DNA of 64,000 nt from an uncultured Trueperaceae bacterium (GCA_963727505.1 CAVSGP010000009.1:512001-576000), one strand, 5' to 3'. Counted from the stretch's first letter, positions 37,910-48,732 are shown. Notes: generated by a model not told the origin, from the sequence alone. Program-made: numbers and translations.

Positions 37910-37924
37910 GCGAGGACGAACACG

Positions 37925-37954
37925 AGTGTATGGAAAGGCCGGGGCCCCCGTCAA
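37925..37954 (-). promoter_or_regulatory. promoter TTGACG-18-TACACT for tRNA-Gln(CUG)
   Basis: motif match. Confidence 0.65.
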
Positions 37955-38075
37955 GGGTCATCGAGTCGGCGCCCCCTTGTCGTCGACGCCCCGGAGGCTG
38001 GTAGGGTATACTCTCGACGCTCCGAGGCCGGGCGGCCCGGCCGTGCGCGCGGGCCGGCCCGTCGGTGAGACCCGT

Positions 38076-38166
<91 letters not shown>

Positions 38167-38169
38167 AGC

Positions 38170-38198
38170 CGGCCGCTCCCTCAGGGGGCGGCCGTTTC
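38170..38198 (+). terminator. stem-loop after tRNA-Ser
   Basis: cggccgctccc-tca-gggggcggccg followed by ttt. Confidence 0.55.
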
Positions 38199-38228
38199 AT
38201 GCAGGACCCCCTCGGACAGGAGTGAGCC

Positions 38229-38855
38229 ATGCCCGTCACCGTCGTCGACCACCCGCTGATCCAGCACAAGCTTTCCATCCTGCGCGACCGCGAGACCACC
38301 GTGCGCGACTTCCGGGAGCTGTGCACCGAGATCACCATGCTGATGGCGTTCGAGGCGATGCGCGACCTTCCACTCGAGGACGCCGTGGTGCAGACGCCGG
38401 TGGCCCCCGCGCGGGTCAAGCGCCTGTCCGGCAAGAAGCTGGCGCTGGTCGGCATCCTGCGCGCGGGACTGGTGATGGTCGACGGCATCCTCGGGCTGGT
38501 GCCCAACGCGCGCGTCGGGCACATCGGCCTCTACCGCGACCCGGAGACGCTCCAGCCGGTGGAGTACTACACCAAGTTGCCGGGCGACATCGCCGACCGC
38601 CAGGTGTTCCTGCTCGACCCCATGCTTGCGACGGGGGGGAGCGCAGCCAGGGCGGTCGACGTGCTGGAGGCCCACGGCGCCAAGTCGGTCAAGCTGCTGT
38701 GCATCATCGGGGCTCCCGAAGGGATCGATGTGGTCCAGAAGGCCCATCCGGACCTCGACATCATCCTGGCGGCGCGTGACGAACACCTCGACGAGCACGG
38801 CTACATCGTGCCCGGATTGGGAGACGCCGGCGACCGCATCTACGGCACCCGGTGA
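38229..38855 (+). CDS. upp: uracil phosphoribosyltransferase
   Basis: [44 protein letters not shown]. Confidence 0.97.
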   Translation: MPVTVVDHPLIQHKLSILRDRETTVRDFRELCTEITMLMAFEAMRDLPLEDAVVQTPVAPARVKRLSGKKLALVGILRAGLVMVDGILGLVPNARVGHIGLYRDPETLQPVEYYTKLPGDIADRQVFLLDPMLATGGSAARAVDVLEAHGAKSVKLLCIIGAPEGIDVVQKAHPDLDIILAARDEHLDEHGYIVPGLGDAGDRIYGTR

Positions 38856-38961
38856 GCGGCGCGGGCGCGTGCCTGCGGGCGCGCGGACCACGACTCCGGA
38901 GCCGGATGGCCGGGGCCGGCGCTGCGCACGGATCCGTCACACAGCGGCCTAGAATGGTCTT

Positions 38962-40068
38962 GTGAGTCCCTCGCTCACCGCGTCCCTGCCGGGCGCCTCC
39001 ATCGCGTTCGTGACGGCGCTGGTCACGGTCGGGCTGTTCGTCCCGCGGCTCCGGCGCTTCGCGCTGCGCATCGACGCCGTGCAAGAGGGCGGCGGGGTTC
39101 ACGGGCGCGGCCGGCGCCTGCACGACGGTGCCATCCCCAACATCGGCGGCATCGCCATCCTCGGTGGCTTCTTGATGGCGCTCCTGGTGGGTAGCCTGGT
39201 GGCGCCCGACCTGATCGACCCGTTCCGCGTGCAACTCCTCGCCATCGCCCTCGGCGCCGCGCTGATGGCGCTGGTGGGTTTCATCGACGACATGTGGGAG
39301 GTGCCGCCCGTCATGAGGCTGGCGTCGCAATTCGTGGCTGCCGGCATCCTGGTCGTGAACGGGGTGAGCATCGGCTTCGTGACCAACTACTTCGGTCCCA
39401 CCAGTTACGTCTTCATCCCGGAGCTGGCGACCGTGCTGGTCACGCTCCTATGGGTGGTCGGGTTCACCAACGCCTTCAACTTCATCGATGGCCTGGACGG
39501 GCTGTCGTCGGGCATCGCCGCCATCTCCAGCATGAGCCTGCTGGCGGTGGCGCTGCAGTTCCCCGATCGCGGCGCGGCCGTCTTGCTGCTGGCGTCGCTG
39601 GCGGGGGCCGCGCTCGGGTTCCTGCGCCACAACTTCAGCCCCGCGAAGATCATCATGGGCGACTCCGGCGCCTACCTGCTGGGGTACGTCCTCGCTGCCG
39701 TGAGCGTTCTTGGAGCCCTCAAGGTGACGGCCGCGGTGACGGTGGTGGCGCCGATCCTGGTGCTGGCGCTGCCCGTGGTCAACATCACCCAGGTGACCTT
39801 CCGGCGACTGCGCCGCGGCGCCAGCCCCGCCGAGGCCTCCAACGACCACATCCACGACCTGCTGCGCGCCCGCTCCGGATCCAACCGCGGCACCGTCATC
39901 GCGTTGTGGGTGGCGACGCTGGGGCTCGGTCTGGTCGGCATGACGATCTCCGACACCCCGCCGGCGCTGACGCTGTTCACCCTGTTGCTGACGGTGGTGA
40001 TGATCGCCGGCGTGTCGGTCTTGCGTCTGGCCGAGGTGCGCCGGGAGCGGCGGGAGTCGGTGTCGTGA
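38962..40068 (+). CDS. WecA/TagO-like undecaprenyl-phosphate GlcNAc-1-phosphate transferase (MraY family)
   Basis: [37 protein letters not shown]. Confidence 0.9.
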   Translation: MSPSLTASLPGASIAFVTALVTVGLFVPRLRRFALRIDAVQEGGGVHGRGRRLHDGAIPNIGGIAILGGFLMALLVGSLVAPDLIDPFRVQLLAIALGAALMALVGFIDDMWEVPPVMRLASQFVAAGILVVNGVSIGFVTNYFGPTSYVFIPELATVLVTLLWVVGFTNAFNFIDGLDGLSSGIAAISSMSLLAVALQFPDRGAAVLLLASLAGAALGFLRHNFSPAKIIMGDSGAYLLGYVLAAVSVLGALKVTAAVTVVAPILVLALPVVNITQVTFRRLRRGASPAEASNDHIHDLLRARSGSNRGTVIALWVATLGLGLVGMTISDTPPALTLFTLLLTVVMIAGVSVLRLAEVRRERRESVS

Positions 40069-41291
40069 GCGCCGCCGCGGGGGCCGCAGGGGAGGCCGCG
40101 CGCGTGTGCGTGGCGTTCGGCACCCGGCCGGAAGCGAACAAGATGGCACCCGTGGTGCGCGCCCTCCAGGAAGCTCCGGAGCTGCGAGCGGTGACCCTCG
40201 TGACCGGGCAGCACCGAGAGCAGCTCGACGCCTCGCTCCGCATCTTCGGGATCGTTCCCGACGCCGACCTGGCGGTGATGACCGAGCGCCAGACGCTGCC
40301 GGAGCTCACCGCACGCATCGTGCCCGCTGCCGCCCGCACGCTGCGGGAGCTGGCCCCCGACTACGTCCTGGTCCACGGCGACACCCTGACCACCTTCGCA
40401 GTGGCGCTGGCGGCGTTCTTCGAGGGCATGCGCGTCGCCCATGTCGAGGCCGGGCTGCGTTCGCACGACCTGGCCCAGCCCTTCCCGGAGGAGGCCAATC
40501 GGCGCCTGACCGATGTCGTGACCGACCTGGACCTGCCGCCCACCGCGCTTGCCAAGCGCAACCTGCTGGCCGAGGGCAAGCAGGAGGAGGCCATGGTTGT
40601 CACCGGCAACACCGCGGTGGACGCGGTCGTGCAGGCGAGCCGCCAGGCGCGGTTGCCGCGGGCGCTGCCGGCGGGTCCGGTGGTCGCCATCACCATGCAT
40701 CGTCGCGAGAACCTGTCGGTCATGGCGGAGCTGGCCGGTGCGCTGGCGCGGGTGGCCCGCGCTCACCCCGACCGGACCTTCGTCTACCCGGTCCACCTCA
40801 ATCCCGCCGTGCGCGAAGCGATCACGCCCGCCCTGGCCGGACTGGACAACGTGCTGCTGGAGGAACCCTGGGACTATCTCGGGATGCTCGCGCTTCTCCG
40901 CCGCAGCGAGCTCATCGTGACCGACTCCGGCGGTATCCAGGAGGAGGGAGCCGCGTTGGGTGTGCCCGTCGCGGTGTTGCGCAACGTCACCGAGCGTCCG
41001 GAGGGCGTGGAGGCGGGGGTGCTCAGGCTGCTCGGAAACGACCCGTCGGTGGTCGAGTCCGGCCTCGACGCGCTCCTCGCCGAGCCGGCGGCACTGGAGG
41101 CCATGCGCAGGGCCCCCAACCCGTACGGCGACGGTCGTGCCGGCGTCCGTGTGGCGCAGGCGGTGGCGTGGCGTCTGGGTCTCGGCCCGCGCCCCCGCGA
41201 CTGGCAGGGGCCGGATGGCGCCGACACGGGTCGATCGGCGGAGGCGTCGTCCGACGGCAGGCCCGCCGGCGAGGCGGCCGCAGGTGGCTGA
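40065..41291 (+). CDS. wecB: UDP-N-acetylglucosamine 2-epimerase (non-hydrolysing)
   Basis: [47 protein letters not shown]. Confidence 0.95.
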   Translation: MSAAAGAAGEAARVCVAFGTRPEANKMAPVVRALQEAPELRAVTLVTGQHREQLDASLRIFGIVPDADLAVMTERQTLPELTARIVPAAARTLRELAPDYVLVHGDTLTTFAVALAAFFEGMRVAHVEAGLRSHDLAQPFPEEANRRLTDVVTDLDLPPTALAKRNLLAEGKQEEAMVVTGNTAVDAVVQASRQARLPRALPAGPVVAITMHRRENLSVMAELAGALARVARAHPDRTFVYPVHLNPAVREAITPALAGLDNVLLEEPWDYLGMLALLRRSELIVTDSGGIQEEGAALGVPVAVLRNVTERPEGVEAGVLRLLGNDPSVVESGLDALLAEPAALEAMRRAPNPYGDGRAGVRVAQAVAWRLGLGPRPRDWQGPDGADTGRSAEASSDGRPAGEAAAGG

Positions 41292-42303
41292 CGGCCCGCG
41301 TCCGACCGCGGGTGACGTCCGGCCCGAAGACGCTCGGGCGGGGCCGCTCCCTCACGAGGACGCGGCCGCCGCAGCGCGTGGCGTCTCGTGGGCCTTCGAG
41401 CAGCATCGCCTCGCCTTCGGTCGCCCCGTTCCCGGCGCGGAGCGCGAGGGGGACGTCTGGATGCTGCGGTGGCGGGCGACCGCCCTGATGGGGATCGTGA
41501 ACGTCACGCCCGACAGCTTCAGCGACGGCGGCCGCTTCGCCGGCGATGCCGTGGCCGCGATGGATGCCGGTCTGGAGCTGTGGCGCCAGGGGTCCGCCTT
41601 CGTCGACGTCGGCGGGGAGTCGAGCCGGCCCGGTGCCGAGAGCGTCCCGGAGGTCGAGGAGTTGCGACGCGTGCTACCGGTCGTCGCGGGCCTGGCGGAG
41701 CGTGGCGTGCGTGTCAGCATCGACACCGTCAAGCCGGGCGTCGCTCGCGAAGCGGTGAAGGCGGGCGCCTGCCTCGTCAACGATATCCGGGGGCTCGCGA
41801 GTCCCGCGATGCGCGCGGTGTGCGCCGACGCCGGCGTGCCCGCCGTGGTCATGCACATGCAGGGGGAGCCCCGAACCATGCAGCACTCGCCGCGTTACCG
41901 CGACGTGGTCGGCGAGGTCGAGCGCGTGCTGCTGGAACGCGCCCGCCTGGCACGGGCGGAGGGTGTGCCGTCGGTGCTTGTCGATCCCGGCATCGGGTTC
42001 GGCAAGACCGTGGAGCACAACCTTTCCCTGCTTGCATCGACGCGGCGGCTCGCCGACCATGGCCTGCCGCTGCTTGTGGGCGCCTCCCGCAAGCGCATGA
42101 TCGCCCTTCTGGCCGCCCTCGACGGCGACCCGATGGAGCCCGATCGGAGGCTTCCGGGCAGTCTGGCGCTGCACCTCTACGCGGCCGAGCGCGGCGCCGC
42201 CGTGCTGCGCGTGCACGACGTGGCGGAGCACCGCCAGGCCCTGACGGTGCTGACCGCCCTCGAGGAAGCGGCTGCGGCCGTGCCGGGGGTGGGCGGTGGA
42301 TAG
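41284..42303 (+). CDS. folP: dihydropteroate synthase
   Basis: [43 protein letters not shown]; start uncertain. Confidence 0.93.
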   Translation: MADGPRPTAGDVRPEDARAGPLPHEDAAAAARGVSWAFEQHRLAFGRPVPGAEREGDVWMLRWRATALMGIVNVTPDSFSDGGRFAGDAVAAMDAGLELWRQGSAFVDVGGESSRPGAESVPEVEELRRVLPVVAGLAERGVRVSIDTVKPGVAREAVKAGACLVNDIRGLASPAMRAVCADAGVPAVVMHMQGEPRTMQHSPRYRDVVGEVERVLLERARLARAEGVPSVLVDPGIGFGKTVEHNLSLLASTRRLADHGLPLLVGASRKRMIALLAALDGDPMEPDRRLPGSLALHLYAAERGAAVLRVHDVAEHRQALTVLTALEEAAAAVPGVGGG

Positions 42304-42649
42304 GATCGTGCTGCAGGGATTGGAGTTCCACGGCTACCACGGTGTCTTCGAGGAGGAATCGAAGATGGGCGCGCGCTTCGTGGTCGACGTAGAGCTGAGC
42401 CTCAGCCTCCCCGAGCGCGACAGTCTGCGGCAGACCGTCGACTACAGTCGCGTCTACGGCCTGGTCCGGCGCGAGGTGACGGAGAAGCGCTACAAGCTCA
42501 TCGAGGCGTTGGCGGCGCAGATCGCGGGCGCCCTCCTGGCGTCGGAGACCCGCGTGCAGAGCGTCGTGGTGCGGGTGCACAAGCCCCACGCCCCGCTTCC
42601 CGGGGTGGTGCGCGACGTGTTCGCCGAGGTCCGGCGCGAGCGCGCCTGA
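42296..42649 (+). CDS. folB: dihydroneopterin aldolase
   Basis: FHGYHGV, TVDY, LIEALA, VHKPHAP. Confidence 0.95.
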   Translation: MDRIVLQGLEFHGYHGVFEEESKMGARFVVDVELSLSLPERDSLRQTVDYSRVYGLVRREVTEKRYKLIEALAAQIAGALLASETRVQSVVVRVHKPHAPLPGVVRDVFAEVRRERA

Positions 42650-42656
42650 GGCGGGC

Positions 42657-43178
42657 TTGACCGTGCTTCCCGACACGCCGGCGCTGGTTGCGCTGGGTAG
42701 CAACCTCGACGATCCCCTCGATCAGCTCCGGCGCGCCGCCCGGGCCCTGCAGGGCCTGGGCGGGACCGCACTGTTCTCGCCGCTCTACCGCACCACGCCG
42801 GTCGGGGGACCTGCTGGTCAGCCAGACTTCCTCAACGGCGTGGCACTGCTCGAGCCGCTGCCCCCCTGGTCCCAGCCCGACGCGCTGCTCGAGGCCCTGC
42901 TGGCGATCGAGCGTGGCCAGGGCCGCCGTCGGCGCGAGCGCTGGGGCCCGCGCACGCTCGACCTGGACCTGTTGGCACTGGGCTCCCGCACGCTCGAGAC
43001 GCCCCACCTCACCTTGCCCCACCCCCGCATGATGGATCGCGCGTTCGTGCTGGCACCGTTGTGCGAGCTACTGCCGGGATGGCGCCACCCCGTCACCGGC
43101 GAGGATGCCTGCGCCGCGCTGAAGCGCGTCGGACTCTCCGGCGTCGAGCGCACCCGGCTGGCGTGGAGCCCACGGTAG
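42657..43178 (+). CDS. folK: 2-amino-4-hydroxy-6-hydroxymethyldihydropteridine pyrophosphokinase
   Basis: ALGSNL, FLNGV, RWGPRTLDLDLL, LPHPR. Confidence 0.95.
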   Translation: MTVLPDTPALVALGSNLDDPLDQLRRAARALQGLGGTALFSPLYRTTPVGGPAGQPDFLNGVALLEPLPPWSQPDALLEALLAIERGQGRRRRERWGPRTLDLDLLALGSRTLETPHLTLPHPRMMDRAFVLAPLCELLPGWRHPVTGEDACAALKRVGLSGVERTRLAWSPR

Positions 43179-43190
43179 ACTGGGCCCCCG

Positions 43191-43931
43191 ATGCGCCTGT
43201 TCGCCATCGCCGACCCTCACCTGTCCCGCGCCGATCCGAAGCCGATGACGATCTTCGGTGAGACCTGGCAAGGTCATCCCGACGCCTTCTTCGACGGCTG
43301 GCGCAGCGTCGTGGAGGACGATGACCTGGTCCTGGTACCGGGCGACCTGTCCTGGGCGATGCGGTTCGAGGACGCGCTGATCGATCTGAGCGACATCGCG
43401 GCGTTGCCCGGACGCAAGGTGATCCTGCGCGGGAACCACGACTACTGGTGGCCCTCGATCTCCAAGCTACGACGGGGCCTTCCGCCCGGCATGCACGCGG
43501 TGCAGAACGACGCCGTAGCGCTGGATGGGGTGGTGGTCGCGGGAACGCGCGGCTGGGTGTGCCCCGGAAGCCGCGGCTTCACGGAACAGGACGAGAAGAT
43601 CTACCGCAGGGAGATCGAGCGGCTGGCCCTGTCGTTGCGAGCCGCGGAACAACTCGAGGGCGACTACCGGGTGGTGATGCTCCACTTCCCGCCCACCAAC
43701 CCGCGACTCGAGCCCTCGGAGTTCACCCGCCTGCTGCTCGACGCGGCGCCCGATGCGCTGGTATTCGGCCACGTCCACGGCGAGCCGGAGGGAGTGCTAG
43801 AGCGCCTCGACGCGATCGACGTGCATTTCGTCGCCGCCGACGCGCTGCGCTTCGTGCCGCGCTTGATCCATGACTTCGGTTCCGAGAATCGCGTCGAGGC
43901 GCCGGTGTCGGTCGCCCGCACCGGACGCTAG
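43191..43931 (+). CDS. calcineurin-like metallophosphoesterase
   Basis: AIADPHL, PGDLSW, RGNHDYWW, HFPP, FGHVH. Confidence 0.9.
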   Translation: MRLFAIADPHLSRADPKPMTIFGETWQGHPDAFFDGWRSVVEDDDLVLVPGDLSWAMRFEDALIDLSDIAALPGRKVILRGNHDYWWPSISKLRRGLPPGMHAVQNDAVALDGVVVAGTRGWVCPGSRGFTEQDEKIYRREIERLALSLRAAEQLEGDYRVVMLHFPPTNPRLEPSEFTRLLLDAAPDALVFGHVHGEPEGVLERLDAIDVHFVAADALRFVPRLIHDFGSENRVEAPVSVARTGR

Positions 43932-43977
43932 CGCGCCTCTACAGGAGAGACTGCGTCCCCCCCGTGACTGGAGCGGG

Positions 43978-44400
43978 TCAGGCGCTGGGATGCCCGCCGG
44001 CACCGCCGGCGCTGCGGGTGTCGTCGACCGCTCCCGGCAGGGGGCGGGTGTCGGCGTCGGCGCTGAGCGGGTGGTAGTGGGTGATGCCGTCCTGGCCCCT
44101 CTCCCACGTCAGGCAAACCACTTCGGCGCCGAGCTGGCTGGGAAAGTCCACCAGGCCCTCCTGGACGTCGCGAACCTGCACGCCCAAGCGGTCGAGCTCC
44201 GCTTTGCTGGTGTGGATGACGTCGAGCAGGAAGGTAACCTCGCGGGCCAGGTTGGCGGACTCCACAGAGGGTCCGGCAAGCTCCGAGTTCGCCTCGCGCA
44301 ATCGGGCGAGATCGGTCGCCGCGCCCTGCAGCTCCCCGAGATGCTCGTCCACCACTGGGAGGAGGCGGGTCGCTTCGTTGAGGGTGAATAGGCGGTACAT
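43978..44400 (-). CDS. DUF2203 family protein
   Basis: FTLNEA..LLP, GLVDFP, CLTWERG, HYH. Confidence 0.8.
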   Translation of the reverse strand: MYRLFTLNEATRLLPVVDEHLGELQGAATDLARLREANSELAGPSVESANLAREVTFLLDVIHTSKAELDRLGVQVRDVQEGLVDFPSQLGAEVVCLTWERGQDGITHYHPLSADADTRPLPGAVDDTRSAGGAGGHPSA

Positions 44401-44615
44401 GGACTCCTCCTCTCGCCCTTCTCAAGGATACTCTCTACGGGGCCTCTGCGCCTGTACCCATTCATACAAAACTTGAGCGTCCTACGCTAAAGGCAAGCGT
44501 CCCGCTCACGGTTCCGAGCCGCGCCCGACGCTCTGGTAGACTTTCCCGGGGCTCAGGTGCCGCGCGCCGGGCTCGAGGTCCCGGTGCGGGAGCACCGGGG
44601 CGCTCGGAGGGAGTC

Positions 44616-45807
44616 ATGCACGAAGTCAGCGTCCTCGTCGTCAACGCGGGGAGCTCCAGCCTCAAGGTCAAGCTCTTCCCGGCCGGAGATTCCGTCCTGG
44701 TGGAGCGGATCGGCGGCGACAGCAACATCGTCGCGAGCTTCGGCTCGGCGCGCTCCGAGCCGATCGCTCGGCACGACGAGGCCCTGCGGAGGGCGCTGGA
44801 GCTGCTGGACGCGCGCGTCCCGCCCGGCGGCATCCGGCGCCGTGGGGCACCGCGTGGTGCACGGAGGGATGCGTTTCTCGCGGCCCGTGCTCATCGACGC
44901 GGCCGTCGAAAGGATCGTGGGCGAGCTGTCGAGCCTGGCTCCGCTCCACAATCCCGCCAACCTCGAGGGCATCCGGGCGGCGCGAGCGCTGCTGCCCGAC
45001 GTGCCGCATGTGGCGGTGTTCGACACCGCGTTCCATTCCGGTATGCCGGCACGCGCCTTCCTCTTCGGCCTCCCCATCGGCCTCTACCGGGAGCGACGCA
45101 TCCGGCGCTACGGCTTCCACGGCACCAGTCACGATTTCGTGACCGATCACGCCGCGGCGCTGCTCGGGCGCCCGCGTGAAGCGCTCAAACTGGTTTCGCT
45201 GCACCTGGGGAACGGCGCCAGCGCGGCGGCCGTGGCCGGAGGCCGCAGCATCGACACCAGCATGGGCTTCACCCCGCTGGACGGGCTGCTGATGGGCACG
45301 CGCAGCGGCACGTTGGATCCCGGCGTGCTGCTCCACCTGTTGCGCGGTGGCATGGACCTCGACGACCTCGACCGGCTGCTCAACCGTGAATCGGGCCTCC
45401 TCGGCCTGTCGGGCGTGTCCAACGACATGCGCGACGTACGAGCCGCGGCGGAAGGCGGAGACCCGGACGCGCGCGGAGCGCTGGAAGTGTTCGCCTACCG
45501 CATCACCAAGACCGTGGGCGCGTACGCAGCCGCCATGGGCGGCCTCGACGCCATCGTCTTCACCGGTGGGATCGGCGAGAACGACGCGCGCATGCGGCAG
45601 GAGAGCATGGCCGGCCTGGGCTTCCTGGGCGTTCGTCTGGACGAGGGTCGCAACGCCGGCCACGCCGAGCGCATCTCGGCTGACGACGCTTCGGTGGCGG
45701 TGCTGGTGGTGCCGACCGACGAGGAACGCATGATCGCCCGCGCGACCGCCGAGCTGGCCGGTCTCGGGCAGCCCGGCGACGACGCCGTGCGGGAGGAGAC
45801 GACGTGA
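44616..45807 (+). pseudogene. ackA: acetate kinase split by a +1 frameshift near 44835 (pseudogene or sequencing error)
   Basis: frame A has VLVVNAGSSSLK; frame B has GHRVVHGG, LAPLHN, VFDTAFH, RRYGFHGTSH, HLGNGAS, FTGGIGEN, PTDEE. Confidence 0.9.
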
Positions 45808-46697
45808 AGACGCTCGGGCTGGACCTGGGAGGCACCAAGATCGCCGCGGCCGTGGTGAGCGACGGGCGCATTGTCGACGCGACAAGGGTCGAGACCCCAC
45901 AGACAGGCTTCGCGGACGTGGCCGAGGCGCTCGCCCGGGCCGCGCGTACGTTGTTGGAGCGTGGGCACGAGGAGGTGGCCGCGATCGGTGTGGGGTCGCC
46001 GGGCCCGCTGGACTACCGGGCGGGCAAGGTGCTGTTCGCGCCCAACATCGCCGGTATGGAGGACGCGCCCATCGTGGCGGAGCTCGAGCGTCGGTTGGAA
46101 CGCACCATCGTGCTGGAGAACGACGCCAATGCCGCCGGGCTGGCCGAGCACCTCTACGGCGCCGCCCGGGATCTCGAGTCCAGCCTCTACATGACCATCT
46201 CTACCGGCATCGGCGGCGGCCTGTTCATCGGCGACCGGGTCATCCGTGGCGCGCACGGCCTGGCCGGCGAGATCGGCCATATGACGGTGTTGCCCGGCGG
46301 GCCGATCGGGGGAGACGGCTTGCTGGGCACGTTGGAGGCGATCGCGGCCGGCCGCTCCATCGCGCGCGATGCAAGCTACGCCTACGGTCGCGAGATGGAC
46401 ACCCGCGAGGTCTTCGAGCGCGCCCAGGCCGGCGAGATGAAGGCGCTCGAGATCGTCGACAACGCCGCCCGTTTCACGGGCATCGGCATCGCCAACCTCG
46501 CCAAGATCTTCGATCCAGAGGGGTTCGTCATCGGCGGAGGGATGAGCCAGGTGGGGCCGTTCTACCTCGATCGCATCGGTCGCGCGGCAGCCGCCTATCT
46601 TCGGGGCTATCCGGACGCCGACATCCGCATCGCCAAGCTGGGAACCGACGCCGGCGTCATCGGGGCGGCGGCGGTAGCGGCGCAGTCACTGCGGTAG
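45804..46697 (+). CDS. glk: ROK family sugar kinase (glucokinase-like)
   Basis: DLGGTK, LENDANAA, TGIGGG, GEIGH. Confidence 0.85.
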   Translation: MKTLGLDLGGTKIAAAVVSDGRIVDATRVETPQTGFADVAEALARAARTLLERGHEEVAAIGVGSPGPLDYRAGKVLFAPNIAGMEDAPIVAELERRLERTIVLENDANAAGLAEHLYGAARDLESSLYMTISTGIGGGLFIGDRVIRGAHGLAGEIGHMTVLPGGPIGGDGLLGTLEAIAAGRSIARDASYAYGREMDTREVFERAQAGEMKALEIVDNAARFTGIGIANLAKIFDPEGFVIGGGMSQVGPFYLDRIGRAAAAYLRGYPDADIRIAKLGTDAGVIGAAAVAAQSLR

Positions 46698-46956
46698 GCC
46701 GCACGCTGGCCGCAGCCACGCTGCCGTCGGGAAGAAGAGACCCTGTCAGGTAGACGCTTCCCGTAGGCACGCTCGCGAGTCCCGTGACGATGAGTTGCCG
46801 GCCGTCCTCCAGGCGCGCCCGCGCACGGCCCTGCCCGAGAGGCGTCAAGGTCGCCACGAAAGCGGTTGCGGGCGGTGTCGTCGCCGGACAGCACGCCGAC
46901 AGGACCAGCGTCAGGCCGAGCGTGGCCACGACCCCGGCGAGCGCGTGCCGCGACAT
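46657..46956 (-). CDS. small lipoprotein (99 aa)
   Basis: signal peptide with lipobox LSA-C; starts 1 nt after the upstream stop; beta-rich body. Confidence 0.65.
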   Translation of the reverse strand: MSRHALAGVVATLGLTLVLSACCPATTPPATAFVATLTPLGQGRARARLEDGRQLIVTGLASVPTGSVYLTGSLLPDGSVAAASVRPTAVTAPLPPPPR

Positions 46957-46957
46957 C

Positions 46958-47881
46958 TCAGGGGTGGCCCGGTGCCTCGGTACGGGCACCCGCCTGGTCG
47001 GACGCGCCGTCCGAGCCGTGATGCGGGTCCGGTGCGTCGTCACGGAAGTCGGGGTTGGCGCGGATCTCGGCCGCCCGCGGATGCCGGTTGGCATCGACCT
47101 CGAGGCGCGCGAAGCGCGGGTCGTTCGCGCGTTCCTTCCAGACCCGCGGCTTCGCCGGAATGCCGAGCCCGACCACGTGCGGGTCGAGATCGTGCGTTGC
47201 GAGCGCCAGCGCGCCCAGCATGCTGTCGTCCGACAGCACGGTGCCGGCCAGGACAGTGGCGTGGTACGCGACGCGTACGCCGCGGCCGATGACCGTCTTG
47301 CGCAGGGTGACATCGGACTGCTCCAGCAGATCGTGGGTGTGCGAGTACACGTTGGCGTAGTCGCTGAGGCTCGCGCCGTCATGGAGCTCGACCCCGCCGA
47401 TGTCGTCGACGAAGACATTGCGGTGGATCACCACGTCGTCGCCGGCTTCGATGTTGTAGCCGACCGACACTTCGACGTTCTGGAAGATCTTCAGGTTCCT
47501 GCCCGCGCGGGCGAAGATGCGTTGGGCGAGCATGCGCCGGATCGCGACCCCGCTGGCGATCGACTGGCCGAGCGGTGTGGCGTCGAGCGACTTCCACAGC
47601 CACAAGAGCGGCTTGACGCGTGCGAAGCGCTCCGCGTCGGTCGCCGCGTAGTGCTCCGCCTCGAAGCGCGCGTTGCGCGGGTCCAGCGCGAAGGCTGCCA
47701 TCGGAGCGTCCTGTGCCAGCGCGTCGTAGGGGCGTGCATAGAGCTGGCGCGCCAGCGTTTCGCGCACGACGTCGTTGCGGTCCTGCGCCGGATCGTCGAG
47801 CCGTTCTGCCAGCGCGCCGATGAAGCTTCGCAGCTGTGCATCGGCGGGTGGATCGAGGGGCCGTTTCTGCAGCCAAGGCAT
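46958..47881 (-). CDS. hexapeptide-repeat (LbH) acyltransferase with N-terminal helical domain
   Basis: NLKIFQNVEVSVGYNIEAGDDVVIHRNVFVDD, YSHTH, TVIGRGVRV, GIPAK. Confidence 0.85.
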   Translation of the reverse strand: MPWLQKRPLDPPADAQLRSFIGALAERLDDPAQDRNDVVRETLARQLYARPYDALAQDAPMAAFALDPRNARFEAEHYAATDAERFARVKPLLWLWKSLDATPLGQSIASGVAIRRMLAQRIFARAGRNLKIFQNVEVSVGYNIEAGDDVVIHRNVFVDDIGGVELHDGASLSDYANVYSHTHDLLEQSDVTLRKTVIGRGVRVAYHATVLAGTVLSDDSMLGALALATHDLDPHVVGLGIPAKPRVWKERANDPRFARLEVDANRHPRAAEIRANPDFRDDAPDPHHGSDGASDQAGARTEAPGHP

Positions 47882-47958
47882 CGCACCTAACGTTAGCCAC
47901 AAGGCGCCGTCGCCTCGTGTCGGACTCGCTACCCTCGCAGGCCCCATCGCGGCGATCG

Positions 47959-48606
47959 TCACACCCGGCGCACCCCCACGATCGCGCCCTCGGCCGCGAG
48001 GCGAAGGCGGCAGGCAGTCCCGAGCAGCTCCGCTGCACGTTCGGTCAGCGCCTCGGCGGCGGCTTGTTCCGGCCCGGACGCTTCCTCGGCCCTGTGCAAC
48101 AGCACCGGGCGCGCCTCCAGCGCGATGCCGTGCCCACGCTGCAGCCGCTCCCACACCGCTTCGTAACTCCAGTCCCTCTGGTAGAGGCGCTTGAGCGCCA
48201 TCAGGGCCGGTCGTCCCCGTACGGCGACCGCGCCGTCCTGCAGTGGCCGGCGCACCCGCACCCTGCTCGGAAGATCCGCGGTGGCCTGGTAGAAGTCGTC
48301 GACGGTCTCGTCCAGCATGTAGTGTTGGCGCACCAGCGCCTCGGCGGCGGGACAGGCCTCCTCGACGTCGTCCTCGTCCGGGTCCGTGGGGCTGACTGCC
48401 GTGAACAGCTCGTTGAGAAGGGCGGGCAGGTTGTTGAGGCGGTAGAAGCGCTCCTCCACTGCGGGCGGGACCACCACCACCGACCCGACGGGGAGCCCCG
48501 CCGCCGACAGTGCCGCCAGATCGGCCACCTCCACATGCTGGGACAGGAGCTCTGGCGGCAGCCGGCGCAGGGGTAGCGGACGGGCGAGGGGAGGGGTCGC
48601 TTGCAT
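47959..48606 (-). CDS. hypothetical protein resembling a degenerate PEP synthase N-terminal domain
   Basis: LAALSAAGLPVGSVVVVP...EERFY..NNL; leaderless start at 48606. Confidence 0.65.
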   Translation of the reverse strand: MQATPPLARPLPLRRLPPELLSQHVEVADLAALSAAGLPVGSVVVVPPAVEERFYRLNNLPALLNELFTAVSPTDPDEDDVEEACPAAEALVRQHYMLDETVDDFYQATADLPSRVRVRRPLQDGAVAVRGRPALMALKRLYQRDWSYEAVWERLQRGHGIALEARPVLLHRAEEASGPEQAAAEALTERAAELLGTACRLRLAAEGAIVGVRRV

Positions 48607-48732
48607 GGCTCCCATTGTAGGAGCGTGGCCGCCGGCAGGGGGTTGCCAGCACGCCGCCAGACTGTGAAGAAGGCCCTCCGGGACGGCGCTCGGGCCTCAC
48701 CGGGCCTTCATGGACCATGGTAGACTCCAGCC

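Noticed and set aside
44825..44845. Programmed ribosomal frameshift in ackA
   Set aside because: No slippery heptamer, homopolymer run or obvious stimulatory element; a point indel explains it better.
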